From: Alphaproteobacteria bacterium
Lineage (GTDB): Bacteria > Pseudomonadota > Alphaproteobacteria > SMXS01
Length of the DNA stretch: 64,000 nt
Assembly: GCA_016124315.1 (NCBI GenBank)
Contig: WGNW01000060.1
Coordinates: 18,615 to 82,614, forward strand
Reading direction: 5' to 3'
This document shows, piece by piece, positions 1 through 9,105 of the stretch. Below the pieces are notes generated by a model, which saw only the letters and a list, made by a program, of their open reading frames with translations, was not told where the DNA came from and did not search any database. A program made the position numbers and the translations under genes. Each line of letters begins with the position of its first letter. The first letter of the stretch is position 1.

Positions 1-238
1 CCCCGATCATCTCATAACCAACGGTAATGTCGAGAGAAATGGATTGCAGCCTTTGAGATATAATCATTGGTCATATTATTGAGCTGAGCGCAGCCCGGTT
101 CGGAGGCGGTTCAGCGAGGCGGAGCGACGGCCTGGCCGTCATCGCCCGGATCCGCGCCAACCGCGACCGCGCCGCCGGGGCGGGCCCGGCACTCCCCCAC
201 GGCCCGCCCCGGCTTCCCCATCGGCCCCAGGAGACGCC

Positions 239-628
239 ATGCCAGACCATCCGTTCGACCGTTCCGTCTCCCGCGAGGCCGCCCTGCACCGGGAGGCCGT
301 CAGCCTGCTGGCGGCGCTGGAGCGCCAGGAGCGACTGTCCTACCTGCATCCGGGCGACGGGCTCGCCCTGGCCGGCACCGAGCGGGAGCGGCGCGCGGCC
401 ATCGCCCGGTTCCGCCGCCTGGGCATGCGCGGCGGCGTGCCCGATCTCATCGTCGCCGCGCCGGGCGGGGTCACCGGCTGGATCGAGCTCAAGACCGGCG
501 GCGGCAGGCTTTCCACCGCGCAGCAGTGCTGGTGCGACGGCCTTCACCGCCTCGGTCACAACCACAAGGTGGTGCGCGACATGGACGCCCTGGTGGCGAT
601 GCTGCGCGGCATGGGGGTCGGCCCGTGA
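239..628 (+). CDS. VRR-NUC domain (PD-(D/E)XK) nuclease, phage-type
   Basis: Motifs GMRGGVPDLIV...WIELKTGGGRLSTAQ..W...L..LG; SD aggag upstream of ATG. Confidence 0.85.
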   Translation: MPDHPFDRSVSREAALHREAVSLLAALERQERLSYLHPGDGLALAGTERERRAAIARFRRLGMRGGVPDLIVAAPGGVTGWIELKTGGGRLSTAQQCWCDGLHRLGHNHKVVRDMDALVAMLRGMGVGP

Positions 629-1035
629 GCGCGCGTCACGGCATGCATCCGGCGTACCGCCGCTACCTTGCCGGCAAGCTGATGCAGATGGCGGGCTCCG
701 GGCGGACCCAAGGACAGGTGGGCCGCGCGCTCGGGCTGACCGCCCGGGTGACGGGTCAGATCTGCCGGGAGCACGGCATCGAGTTCCTCGCCGTCGGCCT
801 GCGCCGCCGCGTCGAGCGGGCGCCGCTCCGCGCCATGCCGGAACTGGAGCAGGCGGTGGACGAACTGCGCCGCCATGTCGCGCCGGTCTGTTCCGAGACG
901 ACCATCCGGCGGCCCCACATGGTGCCCCGGCCCTACGGCCCGCGGACCCTGTTCCGTGTGGGAGAGCGGCACGACGTTAGCGCCGACGAGGTGTTGCAGC
1001 TGGCCGAAGCGTACCAGAGCAGGGCCGCAGCCTAA
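625..1035 (+). CDS. Putative HTH DNA-binding protein, phage-like
   Basis: GTG start overlaps the upstream stop (GTGA); segment SGRTQGQVGRALGLTARVTGQICREHGI fits an HTH pattern. Confidence 0.55.
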   Translation: MSARHGMHPAYRRYLAGKLMQMAGSGRTQGQVGRALGLTARVTGQICREHGIEFLAVGLRRRVERAPLRAMPELEQAVDELRRHVAPVCSETTIRRPHMVPRPYGPRTLFRVGERHDVSADEVLQLAEAYQSRAAA

Positions 1036-1066
1036 GACGACTTCATGGTTCACGGGAGGGACAGGG

Positions 1067-1621
1067 ATGGCCAGACGCGGCCGCAGACGGGACCCGAATG
1101 CCAAGCGGCGGCAGACGACGGTTGCAGGGCGCGCGCCTGCCGCCGATCACGGCACCACCCTGTTTCAACTCCGCCGCGCCGAAGCGGTCGGGGCACGGGT
1201 GCTCGCCATCGACGAAGGGCGGGTGATCGCGGACGGCGATCCGGCGCTCTCGGTTTCCCAGCTTGGCCTGCTGCGGGCGCGCGGCAGCCTCGGCCGGCGG
1301 GCCTTCGAGGCCGGGGAACGCTACCAGGCACTCGCGTGGGCAGCCTATGGCCGACCCTTTGCCCGAGCGGTCGATATCGCCCGGCCGCGGGAGGACGTGC
1401 CGCCCGGCGGCGAACTGGAGACGCCCGACGCCGACGACCGGCGTCGCTCCGGCGCCCGCCGCGCGCTGGACCGGGCGGACGCGCATCTGGCGACGTTGGG
1501 TCGGGGCGTAGCCGCTTCGGTCAAGCGCGTCTGCCAACTCGACCGGCCGTCCGATCCCGCCGACCTGCCGGCCCTCGTGGCCGGCCTCAAGGCGCTCGCG
1601 GCATGGTGGGGCATGGGGTGA
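1067..1621 (+). CDS. DUF6456-like / phage late-gene regulator-like protein
   Basis: ATG after gggagggacaggg; basic N-terminus MARRGRRR; S.LGLLRARG.L....FEAGERY and C-terminal LVAGLKALAAWWG resemble DUF6456 patterns (from memory). Confidence 0.55.
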   Translation: MARRGRRRDPNAKRRQTTVAGRAPAADHGTTLFQLRRAEAVGARVLAIDEGRVIADGDPALSVSQLGLLRARGSLGRRAFEAGERYQALAWAAYGRPFARAVDIARPREDVPPGGELETPDADDRRRSGARRALDRADAHLATLGRGVAASVKRVCQLDRPSDPADLPALVAGLKALAAWWGMG

Positions 1622-1730
1622 GCGGGAGACGGCTTGCCCGTTTCCGGCCGGCGTCCTAGTCTGCGGCACCGTCCGGCCCGACGTCGCCGCGGCCGGGCCC
1701 TACAACGAACAGCGACGAAAGGATGCCCTG

Positions 1731-2708
1731 ATGAAAGCGTGGCGGGCCGAGACGTTCGGCGAAGCGGTCGATGTGCTGAAGCAGGTGGAGGTGCCGGTTC
1801 CGGCGCCCACCGGCGACCAGATCCAGGTGAAGGTCTCGGCGGCGGGCGTGGGCCTGCCGGACGTGCTGATGATCCGCGGCAACTATCCGGCGGTCTCGGC
1901 GCCGCCGGTGTCGCCAGGGCAGGAAGTGGTGGGCACCGTCACGGCGGCGGGCCCGGAGGCAGACGCCCGGGTCGGCGAGAAGGTCATGACCTCGACCCTG
2001 TTCGCGGCCGGCTTCGGCGGCTTCTCGGAGTATTGCCTGGCGACCTCGCGGTCGGCCATGGCCATCCCGAAGACCTTCTCGGACGAAGAGGCGGCGGGCT
2101 TCTTCGTGCCCTACCACACGGGCTATGTGGGGCTGGTGCAGCGCGGTCAGATCCGGAACGGCGAGACACTGCTGGTGCTGGGCGGCGCGGGCTCGTCGGG
2201 CTCGGCGGCGATCATGCTCGGCAAGGCGTTCGGGGCGACGGTGATCGCCACCGCCAGCAGCGAGGAAAAGGCGGCTTTCTGCCGCTCGCTGGGCGCCGAT
2301 CACGTGGTCAACTATTCGCAGCAGCCGATCCACAAGGCGGTCCGGGAACTGACCGGCGGCGCGGGCGCGCAGATCGTCTACGACCCGGTGGGCGGCAGCG
2401 CCTACGAGTCCGCCACCAAATGCGTCGCCCAGCACGGCCGGATCATCTTCATCGGCTATGGCAGCGGCAGCTGGCCGAAGGTCGATCCGCTGCACGTGGT
2501 GCTGAAGTCCTATTCGCTGGTCGGCGCCTTCGCGGGCGCGCGCACCGAGGAGGAGACGCGGGCGCACCACGCACACCTGGTCGAACTGGCCGAGGCGGGC
2601 AAGATCCGGGTGCCCGTCGACAAGGTTTTCGACTTCGGACACGTGCCGCAGGCCATCGACCGGGTGGCGAAGGGAGACATGCTGGGCAAGGTGGTGGTTC
2701 GCCTCTAG
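1731..2708 (+). CDS. NADPH:quinone oxidoreductase (MDR/zeta-crystallin family)
   Basis: PVSPGQEVVG, LVLGGAGSSGSAAIMLGK, YDPVGG, GKVVV motifs. Confidence 0.92.
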   Translation: MKAWRAETFGEAVDVLKQVEVPVPAPTGDQIQVKVSAAGVGLPDVLMIRGNYPAVSAPPVSPGQEVVGTVTAAGPEADARVGEKVMTSTLFAAGFGGFSEYCLATSRSAMAIPKTFSDEEAAGFFVPYHTGYVGLVQRGQIRNGETLLVLGGAGSSGSAAIMLGKAFGATVIATASSEEKAAFCRSLGADHVVNYSQQPIHKAVRELTGGAGAQIVYDPVGGSAYESATKCVAQHGRIIFIGYGSGSWPKVDPLHVVLKSYSLVGAFAGARTEEETRAHHAHLVELAEAGKIRVPVDKVFDFGHVPQAIDRVAKGDMLGKVVVRL

Positions 2709-2807
2709 GCCGTCGCCGCCGGGCTCGCTACGCGGGGCCGGCCGGTCGCCTTTCCTGCGTTCAGCGCGGTGCGCCTGAGCGCCGATAAGTCGATCCGGGA
2801 CCGAAGC

Positions 2808-3344
2808 ATGAGCAATCCATCCGAGAAGCCGGCCGGGGCCGGCGATCCAGCAGCGCATGGACACGGGCCGGCCGTGGAACGGCGCCGACGCAGCCTGGCC
2901 AAGGCGGTGACGTGGCGGCTCGTCGGCTCGTCGGACACGCTGATGCTGTCCTACGTGGTGATGGCGTGGCTGTTCCCGCTGCTGGGGCTCGACGCCGGGG
3001 TCCAGCAGGCCAAGGTGCTGGCGACGGCGAGCTACATCGCCCTCGCCGAGATCGTCACCAAGCTGCTGCTGTTCTACCTGCACGACCGGGCGTGGGCGCG
3101 CGTCGCATGGGGAACGCGGCACGCCGCGCGTCCCTCCCGCCGGGAAGGCGCGCGCCGGTCGGCGGTGAAGACGGCGACGTGGCGAATCCTCGCCAGCCTC
3201 GACACCGCCCTGCTCGCCTATCTGTTCACCGGCACCCTGGGGGCGGCGCTCGCCATCGGCGGGCTCGAGTTCTACACCAAGCTGGTGCTCTACTTCATCC
3301 ACGAGCGGGTGTGGCTGCGCATTCCCTTCGGCCTGCGCCGATAG
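2808..3344 (+). CDS. Membrane protein with two DUF2061 domains
   Basis: Two copies of RS..K..TWR.....DT ... TK..L..HER.W; start chosen at ATG 2808. Confidence 0.8.
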   Translation: MSNPSEKPAGAGDPAAHGHGPAVERRRRSLAKAVTWRLVGSSDTLMLSYVVMAWLFPLLGLDAGVQQAKVLATASYIALAEIVTKLLLFYLHDRAWARVAWGTRHAARPSRREGARRSAVKTATWRILASLDTALLAYLFTGTLGAALAIGGLEFYTKLVLYFIHERVWLRIPFGLRR

Positions 3345-3346
3345 GG

Positions 3347-3895
3347 TCAGTTCAGGGCGCCGCCCAGGCTCTGCGACAGGGCTTCCACCGCCTCGCGGAC
3401 GGTGTCGAGCCGGGGATTGACGCGCAACGCCTCCTCGAAGGCGACCAGCGCGCCTGCCTTGTCGCCGCGGCGCAGGCAGATCTGACCGTAGCCGGACAGC
3501 GCGCCGAAGTGCCGCGGCTCCAGCTTCAGCGTCTCGGCGATGTCGGCGACGCTGTCGTCGTCCCGGTCCATGAGGAAGAGCACGGTCGCCCGCTTGTTCC
3601 AGGCCTCCGGCCAGAGGGGAAAGCCGCGGATCAGGCGGTCCAGCTCGCGTTCGGCCACCTCGTAGGACCCCGCGCGCATCATGCGCAGAGCACGGGCCAT
3701 GCCGTCCGCCGCGTCGTGATGGGGATGGGAGGTCCACGCAGCCCAGATCATGCTCTCGGTCTCGTCCGCGGGCCGGGGCATCGGTTCGGCCGCCAGGTCG
3801 GCGAACAGGGATTCCAGCATGCGCGGCAGGCCGGCTGCAGGCTTGCGGTCCGGCGCCGTGAGGATGAGGTCGACGACCTCACGGTAGATGTCCAT
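3347..3895 (-). CDS. Tetratricopeptide repeat protein
   Basis: PEAWNKRATVLF...LKLEPRHFGALSGYGQI...ALRVNP; ATG preceded by aggggag; the longer ORF-track start is spurious. Confidence 0.88.
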   Translation of the reverse strand: MDIYREVVDLILTAPDRKPAAGLPRMLESLFADLAAEPMPRPADETESMIWAAWTSHPHHDAADGMARALRMMRAGSYEVAERELDRLIRGFPLWPEAWNKRATVLFLMDRDDDSVADIAETLKLEPRHFGALSGYGQICLRRGDKAGALVAFEEALRVNPRLDTVREAVEALSQSLGGALN

Positions 3896-4108
3896 GGCTC
3901 TCGCTCCCCTTGCGGTCCGACGGTGAAGGTACTCCCCGGCCGGTGCGGAGAAAAGCGGTCGTGTCTTCGGGCGTCTGCCTGCGGCTCTTGCATTCCGCAG
4001 CGCCGTCGCCATGTCTGGAACTCTTGCCGAGGGTTCCACGCACCGGCGACGATGTCGACCCGCTCGACGGCCGGGCGCATGGGCCGCCCGAAGGATGGGA
4101 GTTGAAGC

Positions 4109-4549
4109 ATGGCATACGCCGGATCGGCTGCGTTTGGCGACCGCGTGCGGCCGGAGGTGCATGAGGAGGTGACGCTGGCGCGGTTGGAGGCGCTCGCGCG
4201 CTTTCTCGACAGCGCCCTCTGCGTGCCAGGCACCTCGATCCGCCTGGGCGCGGACGTGCTGCTCGACCTGCTGCCCGGCGTGGGCCCGCTGATTTCCACC
4301 GGCCTGTCCCTGTACCTGGTCGTCGAGGCGCGGCGGCTGGGCGCGCCCGGCGGGATGACCGCGCGCATGCTGGCCAATGTCGGTATCGACCTGGCAATCA
4401 GCGCGGTGCCGGTGGCGGGATGGGTCGGCGACGTGTTCTACCGCGCCAACCTGCGCAACGTCGCGCTGTTGCGGCGCCATCTCGAGGACGCGGCGCGTCG
4501 CGCGGCACAGGAGGGCAGCATCATCACGTCCTGGAAGGTGGTGCGGTGA
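4109..4549 (+). CDS. DUF4112 membrane protein
   Basis: LARFLDSAL.VPGT.IRLG.D.LL.LLPGVG...VPVAGWVGDVFYRANLRN. Confidence 0.88.
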   Translation: MAYAGSAAFGDRVRPEVHEEVTLARLEALARFLDSALCVPGTSIRLGADVLLDLLPGVGPLISTGLSLYLVVEARRLGAPGGMTARMLANVGIDLAISAVPVAGWVGDVFYRANLRNVALLRRHLEDAARRAAQEGSIITSWKVVR

Positions 4550-4839
4550 AGGCGTTCGTCTGGTCTCTGGCCGGTCTCGGCATCGCGGCGTGGTCGGCGG
4601 CGGCTTGGGCCGCGTTCACCCTGGCTCACATGGCCGGCGACTGGGCGGCCTCCACCGCCGCCTATGCCGACGATGGCGCCCAGGAGATCGTTGTGTGGAT
4701 GGCGCGGGTGATGGCGGGCCTGGGCGAAGGCGTGGTCATCCTGATATGGGCGACCATGACCCTGCTCATCGCGGGCGTGGCGTGGTTCTGCACCCTGATG
4801 CTCGACCGGACGCGGATGAGCCGGAAGCAGGCCGGCTGA
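4546..4839 (+). CDS. Small hypothetical membrane protein
   Basis: GTGA overlap with the DUF4112 stop; two or three hydrophobic segments. Confidence 0.65.
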   Translation: MKAFVWSLAGLGIAAWSAAAWAAFTLAHMAGDWAASTAAYADDGAQEIVVWMARVMAGLGEGVVILIWATMTLLIAGVAWFCTLMLDRTRMSRKQAG

Positions 4840-4841
4840 CC

Positions 4842-5447
4842 TCAGTTGTTCACGTCACCCGGGTCGACGCCCTTGTGGTGCTTGTGTTCCGTGCCGTTCA
4901 TCTCGCCCATGCCGTTCATCTGACCCATCCCGCCGTGGTCCGTGGGCGCCGCGGCGTCCGTGCCGCGGGCGGAGCCATCCGGGCTCAGCGCGCCGATGGG
5001 CGCGACGGTAAAGTCCACCTGGACCGTACCGGCGCGCTGGAAGGTGAGGGCGCCGGCGACGGTGTCTCCCGCCTTGAGCGGGCGCTTCAGGTTCATGAGC
5101 ATCAGGTGATAGGAACCGGGCTCGAGCACCAGCTTGCCGTGCGCCGGGATCGGCAAGCCCTCGGCGATATGCTTCATGCGCATCACGCCGTTCTCCATGG
5201 ACATCTGGTGGATTTCCACCTTGCCGGCGACGTTGAGGGAGGCGCCGGTGAGCCGGTCGTCCTCATCGCCGGTGTTGGCCACCGTGACGTAGGCGCCGCC
5301 CACCTTGGCGCCCTCGGGCGTGGCGCGGGCCCAGGGCTGGGCTATCTCGAGCGTGCCGGCCCTGATCGTGCCGGCCCACGCGCCGCCGGCGGCGAGAGCG
5401 AGAACGGCGGCGAGCAGGGTGGCACTGGCGGTCCGGATCATGGGCAA
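4842..5447 (-). CDS. Periplasmic copper chaperone PCu(A)C (DUF461)
   Basis: Signal peptide; PWARAT, VEIHQMSMENGVMRM, LEPGSYHLML (H-x-M...M...H-x-M); Met/His-rich tail. Confidence 0.92.
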   Translation of the reverse strand: MPMIRTASATLLAAVLALAAGGAWAGTIRAGTLEIAQPWARATPEGAKVGGAYVTVANTGDEDDRLTGASLNVAGKVEIHQMSMENGVMRMKHIAEGLPIPAHGKLVLEPGSYHLMLMNLKRPLKAGDTVAGALTFQRAGTVQVDFTVAPIGALSPDGSARGTDAAAPTDHGGMGQMNGMGEMNGTEHKHHKGVDPGDVNN

Positions 5448-5522
5448 TCTCCGGGAGATGGCGGATTCACAGCAGAAGATAGATCGCGGCGCGTACGCCG
5501 CGACCGCCGGGACGGCCGAGGC

Positions 5523-6506
5523 TCACTCGTCCGCGGCGTCGCCCCGGCGGGCGCACACGTCATAAAGCAGCGCGCACTCGTTGCGCATCTGGGCCTGGGT
5601 GACGTTGCTGCCCGGCGGCACGCTCTGGGTCAGCCAGACGTTGCCGCCGATCACCGAGCCGGCGCCGATGGTGATGCGCCCCAGGATGGTGGCGCCCGAA
5701 TAGATCACCACGTCGTCCTCGACGATGGGATGTCTCGCGATGCCCTTGATCAGCGCGCCGTGCTCGTCGGCGGGGAAGCTCTTGGCGCCCAGGGTCACCG
5801 CCTGGTAGAGCCGCACCCGGTCGCCGATGATGGCGGTCTGGCCGATGACGACGCCGGTGCCGTGGTCGATGAAGAAGCTCTCGCCGATCTCGGCGCCGGG
5901 ATGGATGTCGATGCCAGTGGTGGAATGGGCGATCTCGGCGATCACCCGCGCGGGCACCAGCGCGCCAAGCTTGTAGAGCGCGTGCGCGACCCGGTAGTGG
6001 ATCACGGCGGTCATGCCTGGGAAGCAGACCAGGATTTCGGAGACGCTGGTGGCTGACGGATCGCCGCGGTAGGCGGCGTGCAGGTCGCTCACCAGCATGT
6101 TGCGGATGATCGGCAGCTGGATGCCGAAGGCGCGGACGACGTCGCGCGCCTTGCGCCGGGCTTCGGTGTCGTCCGCGTCCTCGAATTCCTCGGTGAGCAG
6201 CAGGCCGCGGCGCACCTGCTCCGCAAGGTCGTTGAAGGCGGTGTCGAGGATGCTGCCGACGTAATAGTCGATGCTGCCGCGGGTCAGGTCATGCCGGCCG
6301 TAATGGGTGGGAAAGAGGGCGGCGGAGATCTGGTCCATGATCCGGGCAATTGCCTCGCGCTCCGGCAGCTCCGTGATCCGGCCGCGGAAGCGGATGTTGT
6401 GCCTGAGCTCGCGGGACTCCCGCAGGCCCTCGACGATGCCGCCGAGGTCCCAGTCGTTGGTCTCCGGCGCGCGGGCGCCGGGCTCCGGCTTGATCTGCAC
6501 TGACAT
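5523..6506 (-). CDS. cysE: Serine O-acetyltransferase (EpsC/CysE type)
   Basis: GDPSA, TGIDIHPGAEIG..FFIDHGTGVVIG, LYQAVTLG, RHPIVEDDVVIY hexapeptide motifs. Confidence 0.9.
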   Translation of the reverse strand: MSVQIKPEPGARAPETNDWDLGGIVEGLRESRELRHNIRFRGRITELPEREAIARIMDQISAALFPTHYGRHDLTRGSIDYYVGSILDTAFNDLAEQVRRGLLLTEEFEDADDTEARRKARDVVRAFGIQLPIIRNMLVSDLHAAYRGDPSATSVSEILVCFPGMTAVIHYRVAHALYKLGALVPARVIAEIAHSTTGIDIHPGAEIGESFFIDHGTGVVIGQTAIIGDRVRLYQAVTLGAKSFPADEHGALIKGIARHPIVEDDVVIYSGATILGRITIGAGSVIGGNVWLTQSVPPGSNVTQAQMRNECALLYDVCARRGDAADE

Positions 6507-6681
6507 GGCGGTTTCCCAGATAGTTGACGCCCGATTGCCTCTGCCTGCGGGCCGCATCTGCGCGGCACTGTAAGTCAGATAGTCGCGCCGTCGCCAGAGG
6601 CAATAACCGCGCAGCGGGCCCTGCGACCGCAGCCCCGGGGAAGCGCGAGCGACGTTCCTGACGCCCTGGCACGCAAGGGGC

Positions 6682-6717
6682 TTGCGCTGCGTCCTATAAT
6701 TCGTTAATTATGGAAAT
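6682..6717 (+). promoter_or_regulatory. Probable arsR promoter/operator (leaderless start)
   Basis: TTGCGC followed by AT-rich imperfect palindrome TTCGTTAATTATGGAA directly before ATG 6718; no SD. Confidence 0.5.
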
Positions 6718-7080
6718 ATGAAAATAGATGATGCGACGAGGGCGCTCGCGGCGCTCGCCCAGGATAGCAGGCTTCGGGTGTTCAGGCTTCTCGTGCGGCA
6801 GGGTGCGGACGACATGGCGGCGGGCGATATCGCGCGGGCGCTCGACCTCCCGGCCAGCACCCTGTCGGCCCACCTGACCGTGCTCGCCAATGCGGGGCTC
6901 ATCGGCGCGACGCGCCACAGCCGCTCCATCGTCTATGCAGTCGACGTCGGCGGGATCCGGCAGCTGCTGTCGTACCTGCTGGAGGATTGCTGTCAGGGCC
7001 GGCCGGAACTCTGCGCGCCGGTGCTGGACAGCGTGCTGCCAGCCTGCTGCGCGCCGGCAGGGCGGAACAACTGCTGCTGA
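6718..7080 (+). CDS. arsR: ArsR/SmtB arsenite-responsive repressor
   Basis: ALAQDSRLRVFRLL, PASTLSAHL, LLEDCCQGRPELC; first gene of ars operon. Confidence 0.93.
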   Translation: MKIDDATRALAALAQDSRLRVFRLLVRQGADDMAAGDIARALDLPASTLSAHLTVLANAGLIGATRHSRSIVYAVDVGGIRQLLSYLLEDCCQGRPELCAPVLDSVLPACCAPAGRNNCC

Positions 7081-7091
7081 AGGGGGCGGCC

Positions 7092-7604
7092 ATGATATCC
7101 GGGAAGATCTACAACGTCCTGTTTCTGTGCAAGGCCAACTCGGCCCGGTCGATCATCGCGGAATCCATCCTGAACCGCGCCGGCATGGGGCGGTTCGCCG
7201 GCTTCAGCGCCGGCAGCCATCCGAAGGGCGAAATCCACCCGTACGCGCGCGAGTTGCTGCGCAGTTTCAACTATCCGGTCGACGGGCTGAGGTCGAAGTC
7301 CTGGGACGAGTTCGCAGCGCCCGGCGCGCCGGTGATGGATTTCGTCTTCACCGTCTGCGACGACGCGGCGGGAGAGGTCTGCCCGATCTGGCCGGGCCAG
7401 CCCATGAGCGCCCACTGGGGCGTGCCCGACCCGGCGGCGGCCGAGGGAACGGAGGCCGAGCGCCGCTACGCCTTCGCCGACACCTACCGCATGCTCAACA
7501 ACCGCATATCGATCTTCATCAGCCTGCCGATGAAGTCGCTGGACCGGGTGGCGCTGCTGAAGCGCCTCGACGAGATCGGCCGAACGCTGCCGCAGGCTTC
7601 CTGA
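7092..7604 (+). CDS. arsC: Arsenate reductase, LMW-PTPase fold
   Basis: NVLFLCKANSARS (CX5R), SKSWDEF, VFTVCD, CPIWPGQP, HWGVPDP. Confidence 0.92.
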   Translation: MISGKIYNVLFLCKANSARSIIAESILNRAGMGRFAGFSAGSHPKGEIHPYARELLRSFNYPVDGLRSKSWDEFAAPGAPVMDFVFTVCDDAAGEVCPIWPGQPMSAHWGVPDPAAAEGTEAERRYAFADTYRMLNNRISIFISLPMKSLDRVALLKRLDEIGRTLPQAS

Positions 7605-7605
7605 T

Positions 7606-8688
7606 ATGGCGGGCGTTTCGGCTGAAGACGCCAAGCCGCAGCCGATGGGCCTGTTCGAGCGCTACCTGACCCTCTGGGTGACGCTGTGCATCGTCGCAGG
7701 GATCCTGCTGGGGCAGCTTTTCCCCGCGATGTTCCACGCCGTGGGGAGCGTGGAGGTGGCCAGGGTCAACCTTCCCGTGGCCGCGCTGATCTGGCTGATG
7801 ATCATCCCGATGCTGGCGAAGATCGACTTCGCCGCCCTGTCGCGGGTGAGGGAGCATTGGCGTGGAATCGGCGTGACGCTGTTCGTGAACTGGGCGGTCA
7901 AGCCGTTCTCGATGGCGCTGCTGGGCTGGCTGTTCATCGGCGGGCTGTTCCGGCCGTGGCTGCCGGCCGGCGAGATCGATTCCTACATCGCGGGACTGAT
8001 CCTGCTAGCTGCCGCGCCGTGCACCGCCATGGTCTTCGTCTGGAGCAACCTGGCGGACGGCGAGCCGCACTTCACCCTGAGCCAAGTGGCGCTCAACGAC
8101 GCCATCATGGTGATCGCCTTCGCGCCGATCGTGGGACTGCTGCTGGGACTTTCGGCGATCACCGTGCCCTGGGACACCTTGCTGCTGTCGGTAGGCCTCT
8201 ACATCGTCGTGCCGGTGCTGATCGCCCAGGCCGCGCGGCGCCAGGTGATGGCCCGTTCGGACGAGGCGGCGCTGCACCGCCTGCTGGCCCGGCTGCATCC
8301 GCTCTCGCTCGGCGCGCTGCTGGCCACGCTCGTGCTGCTGTTCGCCTTCCAGGGCGAGCAGATCATCGCCCAGCCGCTGGTGATCGTCCTGCTGGCGGTG
8401 CCGATCCTCATCCAGGTCTATTTCAACGCCGCGCTGGCCTACCTGCTCAACCGGGCTGCCGGGGAGGCGCATTGCGTGGCGGCCCCTTCCGCCCTGATCG
8501 GCGCCAGCAACTTCTTCGAACTGGCCGTCGCCGCGGCGATCAGCCTGTTCGGCTTCACCTCCGGAGCGGCGTTGGCGACGGTTGTCGGCGTGCTGATCGA
8601 GGTGCCGGTGATGCTCTCGGTGGTCGCGATCGTCAACCGGAGCCGGAATTGGTACCGGGCGGGGGCGCGGGTGTCGCGAATCTCCTGA
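7606..8688 (+). CDS. acr3: ACR3 family arsenite efflux transporter
   Basis: FERYLTLWV, NWAVKPF, AAPCTAMVFVW, GASNFFELAVA, LIEVPVML. Confidence 0.96.
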   Translation: MAGVSAEDAKPQPMGLFERYLTLWVTLCIVAGILLGQLFPAMFHAVGSVEVARVNLPVAALIWLMIIPMLAKIDFAALSRVREHWRGIGVTLFVNWAVKPFSMALLGWLFIGGLFRPWLPAGEIDSYIAGLILLAAAPCTAMVFVWSNLADGEPHFTLSQVALNDAIMVIAFAPIVGLLLGLSAITVPWDTLLLSVGLYIVVPVLIAQAARRQVMARSDEAALHRLLARLHPLSLGALLATLVLLFAFQGEQIIAQPLVIVLLAVPILIQVYFNAALAYLLNRAAGEAHCVAAPSALIGASNFFELAVAAAISLFGFTSGAALATVVGVLIEVPVMLSVVAIVNRSRNWYRAGARVSRIS

Positions 8689-8859
8689 ACGGAGTCCGAA
8701 GCGAAGACCGGGTTACCACGCCGAAGATCCTGTGGGCCGCGATGTGTTACCCAAAAGCAACGCTCCGCGAAAATCTTCCATCCGGACGGCCACATTTGTG
8801 CCGTGGAAGGGCCGTGATCGGGACCTTGGAGGTGTTGTCCGAATATTGATTGCGGCGAC

Positions 8860-8884
8860 GGAACCTTCCGCTTAGTCCCTCGTT
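8860..8884 (+). promoter_or_regulatory. ECF (EcfG-type) promoter motif
   Basis: GGAAC-N16-CGTT, intergenic, about 220 nt upstream of autotransporter 1. Confidence 0.5.
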
Positions 8885-8909
8885 TTCCCTCAATGATCTA
8901 AGGTCGAGA

Positions 8910-8929
8910 CCGCTTTCGCCCGAAAGCGG
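8910..8929 (+). terminator. Hairpin (terminator or leader structure)
   Basis: CCGCTTTC-gccc-GAAAGCGG 8-bp stem followed by cctgttt. Confidence 0.4.
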
Positions 8930-9105
8930 CCTGTTTGGCGTGCCTCAATAGAGCGTCGCAACCCTTTGGTAACCTGACATAATCGCTTGCGTATGCACCG
9001 AATTTTTTTGTAGCGATTTAATAACGTGCCTCTATGTTCTTGCGAAAGGGCCGTCAGGTGCGGTTTTTAGAATTCCATTGGGATCATAGCAACAAGGGAG
9101 CTTCC

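Noticed and set aside
8710-8975. Repeated GTTAC/GTAAC words upstream of autotransporter 1
   Set aside because: Short, irregularly spaced and not assignable to a regulator.
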